Assembly (NCBI GenBank): GCA_963833985.1
Contig: CAWIAD010000002.1
Location: 5,888,001 to 5,952,000 of the forward strand
From: an uncultured Planctomycetaceae bacterium
Lineage (GTDB): Bacteria; Planctomycetota; Planctomycetia; Isosphaerales; Isosphaeraceae
Direction of reading: 5' to 3'
DNA: 64,000 bases
The translations under genes were made by a program, and so were the position numbers. Position 1 is the first letter of the stretch, and each line of letters starts with the position of its first letter. The notes beneath the pieces were generated by a model. That model was not told the origin of the DNA, did not search any database, and saw nothing but the letters and a program-made list of their open reading frames with translations. Of this stretch, positions 9,701 to 17,750 are shown piece after piece.

Positions 9701-11680
9701 ATGGTCTTGATCTCGTCTTGCCGCGCGGAGAGCTGATCTCGAATCTGGAGCATCGCGGTCTCGCGACTCTCCTCGTGCGATCCCATATGGGCAAACCCGG
9801 CCACGAGCCCGCTCATCTGCCCGGCGAGCCCGCTCATCTGCCCGCCGAACCCGGCCATTCCCGCTTCGAGGCGGCTGCCTGTCTCGTTGATATGCTGGAT
9901 CCCATCGCTGGCGCTTGCCCAGCACGCCGCGAATCGTTCCGTCAACCGGGATTCCAAAGAGGTCACGACGGCCGCGCGCTCGTCCAGCCCGGCACGGGAG
10001 CTCACTTGCCAGGACCTGGGCCCGGTCTCGCTCTTCGGCCAGCCGTCGGTTGTCCACTTCCGATTCATACAATCGGTCCCGAATCGAGTCCATCTCCGCC
10101 TGGCGAGCGGCTCGATCCGTCTCCAGTTGCGGGACCAGGGCCGCGCGCTCCGCCAGCGTGGCGATCTCCGCGTCACGAGCGGCCAGTGCCTGCGCCTGCT
10201 CCTGGCATACCGCCGCGCGCCCCTCCAGCTCAGCGCGGAGCTCGCTCGCCAACGTGGAGGCCCGGTCTCGCTCCTCGGCTAGCCGTCGATAGTCCGCTTC
10301 CGATTCGGCAAAGCGGATCTGAATCGACTCCATTTCGACCTGGCGAGCGGCTCGATCCGTCTCCAGTTGCTGGACCAGGGCCGCGCGCTCGGCCAGCGTG
10401 GCAATCTCCGCGTCGCGCCCTGCGATTGCCTGCGCCTGCTCCTGGCATACCGCGTCGCGCTCAGCCAGCCCGGCGCGGAGTTGACTCACCAACGTCGATG
10501 CCTCGTCCCGCTCCTCAGTCAGCCGTCGGTTGTCGGCCTCCAGCTCTTGCGATCGACCCTGGATCGCCGAGTGCACCGCCTCCCTGGCGTCCGCCTGCAT
10601 TTCCATGTCCGCAAGCCGAACTTGAAGCGCCTGGGCTTCCGCGGAAATCTCGAAGAGCCGCGACTCCAGTCCCGACCGGCTAAGGGCCATCTCATCGCGA
10701 TCCTGCTGGGCCCGACGCGAGGAACGGCTGAAGGTGTCCCAGATCTGCTCACCGACCGGGTCGCGTTCCGGAGTATCGGACAGACCATGGCGCGGATCTC
10801 TGCTCCTGGTCGCGACGCGTAGCGCGAAGTACAGGGCCTTGGCGGGGAAGAGGATGTTCGGGTTATCCAGCGTATTGATCAAGGAGGTCCGCTGGCGATG
10901 GAGTTCGGGCCCGACGAACTCCTCGATCGCCGCCCGGACAGCAGGTTGTTCAAGTGCATCGGAGCGGCCGAGGAATCGCGCGAGCCGTGACACCTCCTCG
11001 CGATGCGAATGAATCACATCCTCATAAAAGAGGAAGTGCCGTGGGAGGCCGGTGGTCTGCTCGATCGCCGCTCCCGTGTAGATCTGCCACAATCGGATCG
11101 ACTTCTCAACCGAGGAACCATCTCGCGTCTCGAGCGACGCCGCGACCTCCGCCGGGCTGCGCATGCAGATCACATACTGAATCGGCGGCAGGATCTGTTT
11201 CCAGAATGGGAGAGTCAAACAGGTGCGTGGGTCCTTCCAGCCCCAATCACCCGAGGCGAATGTGCGAGCAATGAGATCCCTCGCCCTCCGGCGAAGATCG
11301 GCAAGTTCGGCGGCAGTCTCCCACCCGGGCGGCAAGGGCGGGGGTTCGGCGAAGCTGCCGCCCAGCCGTCCGAGGATCTCGTCATTGAGTTCGAGGATCG
11401 GCCGGTACTCCCAGTATCCCGTGGGATTGTCGGGTTGAGGAATCAGGAGCTGTTCCTCGGCCCCCAGACTGATTCCCAGCAGGTTCATCAGGCGAGCCGC
11501 CACCGAAGTTCCGCTACGATGCATCCCGAGTACACAGACGATACACCGTTTCGGCGAATGAATGAATTGATGTGCATCCATTAGATGCGCCAATTCTCCG
11601 TTCGTCGTTTGCGGTACGACCGGCCATCCCGCAAGTTCAGGAGCAGATGATTTCGACACGCTCATGATGTTTGAACTCAA
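6733..11680 (-). CDS. Large (~1650 aa) protein: sulfotransferase-like domain, coiled coil, unnamed domain, Ig-like domain, tandem GT2-GT2; frameshifted near 9997
   Basis: N-terminal VLGMHRSGTS, WGWKDPR and RSPAEVAASL, followed by heptad-rich repeats. ORFs 9581..11680 and 6733..10176 join as ...QVLASEL|RAGLDER if one G is removed from the GGG at 9996-9998. Confidence 0.8.
10021..10540. repeat. 240-bp tandem repeat encoding ~80-aa coiled-coil units
   Basis: cccggtctcgctc.tcggc.agccgtcg occurs at 10021 and 10261, with a partial third unit near 10500; the protein repeats AVCQEQAQA...RDAEIATLAERAALV..LETDRAARQ. Confidence 0.9.
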
Positions 11681-11692
11681 GGGGTCTTCTGG

Positions 11693-13090
11693 TCAATCGT
11701 CTCGTGAAGGATGCGGCAGGCGGATGATCAGGCATCGATTGCGATCGCGGTGCACCTCCTCGCCGACGTTCGCGAGGTAGTCTCCGAACCCGGCATAGTG
11801 CTCGAGCCACCAGAGCGCAGGGCCGGGAATGAGGAGATATCCAACACCCCGTTGCTGCAACGCCTTCAAGTGATCGATGGCGTCGTCGCTGCCGGCCGGA
11901 TGGTAGCCGGCATAGGAGCCATGTTCGTTCTGAGGGAAGTGCTGAGCGTCCATCCCCTCGATATCGAGCAGGTCGGGATCCCCTTTGCTGATGACGAGCA
12001 CCCTCGCACCGGCGGGGATGACCATCCGGACAGCCTCCTTGATCCCGGTGATCAGCCGACGTTTCGCTGGACCCGGACGATGCCGATGGGGCTGCCACTC
12101 GACGCCCCACTTGCGCTCGAATCGTTCACGATTGGCCTTCAGCAACTCCTGCGCCTCTCCGGATGTCAGCAAGCTTCCCAGCGACACGCCCCCGAAGTGG
12201 TGGACGAAGACATCTTCCGCGCAAATCAGGCGATACCCTCCCGACCGGAGACGCACCGCATAATCGTCATCCTCGAACATGCCGATGAGGTACCGCTCGT
12301 CGAGCGGACCGACTCGCTCGTGGGTTTCGCGCCGGAACGCGAAGCAGAACATGACGAGCATCGGGATTTCGAAACGCTCTCCCGCATGCTCGCGGGTGTA
12401 CTCGCTGGCAAACTGCTCGAACTCGGCGTAAGTGCGATAGGAGGTCGCGATCCAGGCCTCGTTGCTGATCCGGTTCGTCACCGGTCCGACCGCTCCGATC
12501 AGCGGGTCGTCGAGGTGCCGGATCAGCCGCGTGAGCCAACCCTGTGGCACGATCGTGTCATTATTGAGCAGGACGAATCGGTCTCCCGTCGCCAGCGCGA
12601 GCCCCTGGTTATTCGCTGCCGCGAACCCCCGGTTGGTCTGGTTGTGCACGACCCGGATGAACGGGTAGCGATCTGTCAGCTGGTCAAGATAGGACAGCAG
12701 CTTTTCTCCCGAGCCATTGTCAACGACGATCAACTCGAAGTCGGGATAATCGGTGTTCGCGAGCACGCTCTCCAGGCAGAGCTTGGTGAAGAGGAGGTGA
12801 TCTCGAGCGATTACGACGATGCTGACGCGGGGAAATGAATCCCGTGCGGCTGGATCGAGGGGCTCGGGGATCTCGAGCCCAGAGGCCCGCGCCACGCCCG
12901 CCGGGAGATCGAGCACCGTGCGCACCGTCCTTTCCGGCAGCACCGTCGGTTTTCGGGAGATCGGCTCGAGGACCAAGTCGGGCGGCAAGAAGCTCGGACG
13001 CCCGGAACTCGACAGCATGCTGCTGGGCGTCCCGTGAGCCTCGTGCGGCGTCCTCTCCAGGCGGTCGTGTTTCCGCATTCTCACCATCAT
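11693..13090 (-). CDS. GT2 glycosyltransferase with C-terminal unnamed domain
   Basis: Motifs VSIVVIA, LIVVDNGS, NRGFAAANNQG, VLLNNDT and FEDDDY. Confidence 0.9.
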   Translation of the reverse strand: MMVRMRKHDRLERTPHEAHGTPSSMLSSSGRPSFLPPDLVLEPISRKPTVLPERTVRTVLDLPAGVARASGLEIPEPLDPAARDSFPRVSIVVIARDHLLFTKLCLESVLANTDYPDFELIVVDNGSGEKLLSYLDQLTDRYPFIRVVHNQTNRGFAAANNQGLALATGDRFVLLNNDTIVPQGWLTRLIRHLDDPLIGAVGPVTNRISNEAWIATSYRTYAEFEQFASEYTREHAGERFEIPMLVMFCFAFRRETHERVGPLDERYLIGMFEDDDYAVRLRSGGYRLICAEDVFVHHFGGVSLGSLLTSGEAQELLKANRERFERKWGVEWQPHRHRPGPAKRRLITGIKEAVRMVIPAGARVLVISKGDPDLLDIEGMDAQHFPQNEHGSYAGYHPAGSDDAIDHLKALQQRGVGYLLIPGPALWWLEHYAGFGDYLANVGEEVHRDRNRCLIIRLPHPSRDD

Positions 13091-13113
13091 GCCATGTGAT
13101 CCCGGGTCCGGCC

Positions 13114-14997
13114 TCAGGCACGCCGGACCGATTTCGAGGTTTGCGTCTCGTAGAGCTGGAAATAGAGGCCGCCTCGCTCGAGGAGTTCCGAATGGGTTCC
13201 GGATTCGACGATCCGCCCATGGTTCATGACCAGGATCTGATCCGCGTTCCGGATGGTGGAGAGGCGGTGTGCCACCATGAAGGTCGTCCGTCCCTCCATG
13301 AGGCGATCGAGCGCATCGAGGATGACGGCTTCGGTCTTCGAATCGATCGAGGAGGTCGGCTCATCCAGAAGCAAGATCGGAGCGTCCTTGAGGAAGGCGC
13401 GGGCGACCGCGATCCGCTGGCGCTCGCCGCCAGACAGCTTGGCCCCGCGCTCGCCAACCACCGTCTCGTACTGCTCGGGGAGGCCCATGATGAAGTCGTG
13501 AGCGTTTGCCGCCCTGGCGGCCTCGACGATCTCGTCCATGGGCGCTTCGAGTCGACCGTAGCGGATATTGTTGGAGATGGTGTCGGAGAACAGCAGGGGC
13601 TCCTGCTGGACGAGGCTGACGTTCTGGCGAAGCGATTTGAGCGTCACCTTGCGAATGTCGATGCCGTCAATCTCGATGCGCCCGCGGCACGGGTCGTAGA
13701 ACCGGGGGATCAGGCTGATCAAGGTCGTCTTGCCGGCTCCGGTGGGGCCGACGAGGGCGATCTGCTGGCCGGGCCGCACATCGAGGTTGATGCCCTTGAG
13801 CGTCTCGGCGCGCCCGGTGTAGGTGAAATGGACGTTCTTGAAGGTGACGCGCCCCCAGGAACGGACGAGGCTGTGCGCCCCCTTCACGTCCTGGATGTCG
13901 GGCTCGTTGTCGAGGAGGTCAAACGTGAACTGGAGGCTGACGATCTGATCCTGGAGCGCACCGATCGTGGTGCTGATTGCCTCGAGTGGTTTGTAGACGG
14001 CCGCCACATAGGTCATCACGACGAGCAACTGGCCGATCGAGAGCCGGCCTTGCAGGGCGTGGTAGGCCCCGTAACCCAGCACGAGCGCAGTGCCGACCGC
14101 GGTCGTCATGTTCACGCCAAGCGAGAACATCGTCTGCTGCACGGTCAGTTTCACACGGGCGTCGACCGCCTGCACGGCCTGCTCGCGGAATCGAAGGTAC
14201 TCATACCCCTCACGGCAGAACGCCACGGTCACTCGGAGCATCGACAACGCTTCGTGGACGATCGCGAGAGATTCACCCTCCAGCCCTTTGACGTGCAGCA
14301 ACCGGGGCTGGATGTACTTGATGTAGTAGCCGACCGACAGGTAGAGCAGTGGGACCACTGACATCGACAGCAGGGCCAGTCGCGCATCGATGAGCAGCGT
14401 GATCCAGAACATCCCGACCAGCGTCAGTGCACTCTGGGCCAACGGCGGGACGGCCATGATCAGCCCCGGGCCCGCGCCGCACTGGTAATTGACCACGTAG
14501 ATCAGCATTCCCGATCGCCGCTGATCGTGGTAGGCCATCGATAGCCGCTGGGCATGCCGGTACAGGTCGCCGCGGAAGTCGAGGCCTATGCCCAGGTTGA
14601 GCTTGGTGTTCACGAAGTTCTCGAGGACATGCAGCGCATTGACCATGAGCGCCACGATCAGGCCGCCAAGGATGACCAGGATCAGCAGGACCGTGCGGTC
14701 GCCCCCACCGCCGTCGAGGCTGGCGAGGAGCGAAGGCATCGGCTGGCCGCCCAGCACGTTATCGACCAGCAACTTGAGCGGCCAGGGCATGAGGAGGCTG
14801 GCCGCGGCGCTGGCAATGGTGATGATCACCGAGCCGATGGCCAGCTTCCAGTACGGTCGCAGGTAAGGCAGCATTCTCCAGAAGTACGTCATGATCCCTC
14901 GCGGCAAGCGGCCGGGCTCTTTCGTCGCGGGGACGAGATCGTCATGAGGACCGGTCGTACTTCGTTCATCGTAAGCCTTTCCTGCGCAGGAGATCAC
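13114..14997 (-). CDS. ABC exporter, fused permease/ATPase (MsbA/NdvA-like); the real start may be 14892
   Basis: N-terminal TM helices, Walker A GPTGAGKTT, signature LSGGERQR, Walker B ILLLDEPTS and H-loop VAHRLST. Confidence 0.95.
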   Translation of the reverse strand: MISCAGKAYDERSTTGPHDDLVPATKEPGRLPRGIMTYFWRMLPYLRPYWKLAIGSVIITIASAAASLLMPWPLKLLVDNVLGGQPMPSLLASLDGGGGDRTVLLILVILGGLIVALMVNALHVLENFVNTKLNLGIGLDFRGDLYRHAQRLSMAYHDQRRSGMLIYVVNYQCGAGPGLIMAVPPLAQSALTLVGMFWITLLIDARLALLSMSVVPLLYLSVGYYIKYIQPRLLHVKGLEGESLAIVHEALSMLRVTVAFCREGYEYLRFREQAVQAVDARVKLTVQQTMFSLGVNMTTAVGTALVLGYGAYHALQGRLSIGQLLVVMTYVAAVYKPLEAISTTIGALQDQIVSLQFTFDLLDNEPDIQDVKGAHSLVRSWGRVTFKNVHFTYTGRAETLKGINLDVRPGQQIALVGPTGAGKTTLISLIPRFYDPCRGRIEIDGIDIRKVTLKSLRQNVSLVQQEPLLFSDTISNNIRYGRLEAPMDEIVEAARAANAHDFIMGLPEQYETVVGERGAKLSGGERQRIAVARAFLKDAPILLLDEPTSSIDSKTEAVILDALDRLMEGRTTFMVAHRLSTIRNADQILVMNHGRIVESGTHSELLERGGLYFQLYETQTSKSVRRA

Positions 14998-15415
14998 GTG
15001 GCGAATAGACGCCGGCCGGCTTGTCGCGAGTGACCTTGACCGTCGCCAGTTGCGTCACGTGCTCGGTGCCGGCGTAGAGGCGGAACTCGTACTTGTCCTT
15101 GCTGTTGATGGTGGCCTCCTGGTGCGAGGGGTTGGACGAGAACAGCCGTTCCGGCCCGCCACCGACCGAGACATACACCTGACCAGGCGCCCCGTCTCCG
15201 GTGTGCCAGTTCACGATCGTCTTGCCGGGCCCGCGTCCCGCGGGAACTGGATTTGGTATCGCGATGATCCAGGCTTCGGTAGGCCCCTCGTAGGGCACGT
15301 AATCGGTCGGGATCGGCGACTTCCAGGAGCAACCGGCGCCGGCCGAGAGGGCTGCCAGGATGAGGCATCGGAGAATCCCGGCAACGACCGGCTGGTTCTT
15401 GAGCTGCAAGAGCAT
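14966..15415 (-). CDS. Hypothetical lipoprotein with a beta-rich (Ig-like) domain
   Basis: Starts MLLQLKNQ, followed by a hydrophobic stretch ending LAALSAGAGC (lipobox-like), then PNPVPAG..TIVNW..GQVYVS..YEFRLY. Confidence 0.65.
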   Translation of the reverse strand: MLLQLKNQPVVAGILRCLILAALSAGAGCSWKSPIPTDYVPYEGPTEAWIIAIPNPVPAGRGPGKTIVNWHTGDGAPGQVYVSVGGGPERLFSSNPSHQEATINSKDKYEFRLYAGTEHVTQLATVKVTRDKPAGVYSPRDLLRRKGLR

Positions 15416-15449
15416 GATCCGACCCTCTGGCCGACGCGGTAACCGGTCC

Positions 15450-16565
15450 TCAAAAGGAGTCGGCGGAGACGACCTCGCCCCCCGCCTTCGTCCCGAGCGA
15501 CCACCACACCATGCGATCGATCCCCTCCTTGACGAAGCGTACGCTGCCGTCGGCGAACAGCACGTTGACGCCGCCCGGGTGATTGCTCGAGGCGCCGAAG
15601 ACGAAGCCGTTGTCCATGTTCCAGTCCGGCATGCCGTTGAACCGGCAGCCGCCGAAGGCATACGCGCGATCGTTGGGTACCTGAATGGTGTTGAACATCG
15701 AGAACCCGGTCACCCCCTGACCCCACCTCCAGCCGCGGTGGTCGGCGATGTAATTGGTCGACTGGAACGCGGTGGCACACGCATCGAGCCCGGCCATGAC
15801 GCCAGCCTTGCCCTGGAAGGCGTCGACCCTTTGTGAGCCCGGTGGAGCGCTCACGGCCGCCGACATGAAGACGTTGCCGCGGTACCGGCTCGGGTTCGTG
15901 ATGTTGTGGCCGATGCGCCCATAGCCCATGCCGTCGCCTACCAGCGCCTCGGCGAAGGCAACCGTGCCGGAAGTGCCGTCGCGGCAGCTCGAGATCGTGA
16001 ACGACTGCTGGACGGTGAACAGGCCCGTGCATCCCCCGGTTTGTGGATAGTTGTCATTGGTGGTCGTGCCGTACGATCCGTGGTAGCTGCACGTATTCTG
16101 CTCTCCCGCCCGCGCGTCGGACGGGCAGAGGAACAGGGCGACGACCGCAAGATTCACCGTCAGGTTCATGGGGTGGGACACGCCGTCTCGGATCTCGGGA
16201 GCGAAGTCGAAGTTGATCGCGTTGAACATCGCCGTCTGCTCCAGCCCCGGCAGGATCGCCGCGTGGGCACTCCAGACGGACCATTGATCGTAACTGTCCC
16301 CGTCCAGCTTTCGATTGTTCTTCGAGCCACCCATCGGGAAGACGCTCAAACTCTGTTGATAATTGTGCAGCGCCATCCCGATCTGCTTCAGGTTGTTGGC
16401 GCACTGCAACCTCCTTGCGGCATCGCGTCCCGATTGCACCGCGGGCAGGAGCAGCGCAACCAGGACCCCGATGATCGCGAAGACCGCCAGCAGCTCGATC
16501 AGGGTGAAGCCGCCGGGAGTCCGCGAATGCACTCTTCTGCGGCGCGGAAGTATTCCATGGTTCAT
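15450..16565 (-). CDS. DUF1559 family prepilin-type N-terminal cleavage/methylation protein
   Basis: GFTLIELLAVFAIIGVLVALLLPAVQSGRDAARRLQCANNLKQIG, FLCPSD and C-terminal SNHPGGVNVLFADGSVRF (H-X9-DG). Confidence 0.95.
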   Translation of the reverse strand: MNHGILPRRRRVHSRTPGGFTLIELLAVFAIIGVLVALLLPAVQSGRDAARRLQCANNLKQIGMALHNYQQSLSVFPMGGSKNNRKLDGDSYDQWSVWSAHAAILPGLEQTAMFNAINFDFAPEIRDGVSHPMNLTVNLAVVALFLCPSDARAGEQNTCSYHGSYGTTTNDNYPQTGGCTGLFTVQQSFTISSCRDGTSGTVAFAEALVGDGMGYGRIGHNITNPSRYRGNVFMSAAVSAPPGSQRVDAFQGKAGVMAGLDACATAFQSTNYIADHRGWRWGQGVTGFSMFNTIQVPNDRAYAFGGCRFNGMPDWNMDNGFVFGASSNHPGGVNVLFADGSVRFVKEGIDRMVWWSLGTKAGGEVVSADSF

Positions 16566-16571
16566 GGCTCG

Positions 16572-17750
16572 CTAATGCTCCCCGAGTTCGTCCAGAAGGC
16601 GGGAGAGGACGACGTCCGAATCGAAGTATTCGCGGGCGAGCTCGTCAGCAGCGCGGCTGTGGGCCGCGTAGTCCGAGTTGATCGCCTCGATGGCCTCTAC
16701 GGCCTCCTCAATGTCCGAGAATGCGAACAGCCCCTCCCCCGTCGGAAGAAGGTCGCTGAAGCCGGTATCCTGAGTAACCACCGGACGGCCGGCCGCCAGG
16801 TAGGTCGCGCTGCGATCACTGAACCAGCCACTGCGGAGTCGAACGTTTTGATCCTTGGCGACGGTGAACTCGCCTCGAGACGAGGCGATGTAATCACGAT
16901 ATTCGTCCAGATCCGTGGAAAAGTCCAGCGCGTGTCTCACGTTCCAGCCCTTGCTCTCGAGCATCTGCCGGTCCGACTCATCGTACTTGCTGAGAGCCAG
17001 TTCGAATCGCTGTTCGACGCGGGAAGGGAGATCAAGAAACTTGAGGAACTCCTGGTGCTTGCTCCAGGTGTAACGCTCGCCCCCGAAGACGAGCTCGCGC
17101 TGCCGTTGCCGCCAGTTGCCAATGGTCGTGAACATGGGACCGGGAGGCCTGGCCTCCTCGCGCCAGAATTCGAGCACTACGGGTTGCCGCGTAGGCCGAA
17201 ACTCGTAGCGGTCGGATACCGGCAGGAGGCATCTGGTCCGGCCGTAATTCTCCCCGAAGGTAAAAAAAGCGCAGTGCGAATCCAGAAACTCGATCGTCTG
17301 CGGATTGTCTTCGGACAGCTCGATCTGGACCTGAACGGGATCCGTCTCCAGAAAGACCAGCCGGTTGGTCGCGCAATGCTCTGGCAATGGCAGAGTTCCG
17401 CCATGGAGGTTGATGATCCACCGGGTCGAATCGTACAGATGTGAGAGTTGCGCAGTGCTCAGGCCGTAGCTCCGGTGGTCGGCGTGCAACGCGTGGAACG
17501 CCCAGCGGTCACCGAGATCGAATCGACGCAGGACGCCCGCGAGGAAGGCCGCGACCTTGTCCGAGCCGTCGTGGTCCGTGGAGTCCAGGAACATCGTGGG
17601 CGTGGTCGCGTGCGCCTCGACATAGTAGACCTCGTAGCCGAGCCGCTGGAAGCCCAGCAGGTAATGCACCGTCTGCCAGATGACGCCGGCGACCGGCATC
17701 CTGGCCATCATGCCGAGCAAGACGATCTTCTTCTGGCGGAGGAGGTTCAA
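16572..17750 (-). CDS. Putative GT-B fold glycosyltransferase-like protein
   Basis: C-terminal SRGEFTVAK...SGWFSDRSATYLAAGRPVVTQDTG resembles a GT-B nucleotide-sugar-binding segment. It lies inside the glycan operon. Confidence 0.65.
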   Translation of the reverse strand: MNLLRQKKIVLLGMMARMPVAGVIWQTVHYLLGFQRLGYEVYYVEAHATTPTMFLDSTDHDGSDKVAAFLAGVLRRFDLGDRWAFHALHADHRSYGLSTAQLSHLYDSTRWIINLHGGTLPLPEHCATNRLVFLETDPVQVQIELSEDNPQTIEFLDSHCAFFTFGENYGRTRCLLPVSDRYEFRPTRQPVVLEFWREEARPPGPMFTTIGNWRQRQRELVFGGERYTWSKHQEFLKFLDLPSRVEQRFELALSKYDESDRQMLESKGWNVRHALDFSTDLDEYRDYIASSRGEFTVAKDQNVRLRSGWFSDRSATYLAAGRPVVTQDTGFSDLLPTGEGLFAFSDIEEAVEAIEAINSDYAAHSRAADELAREYFDSDVVLSRLLDELGEH

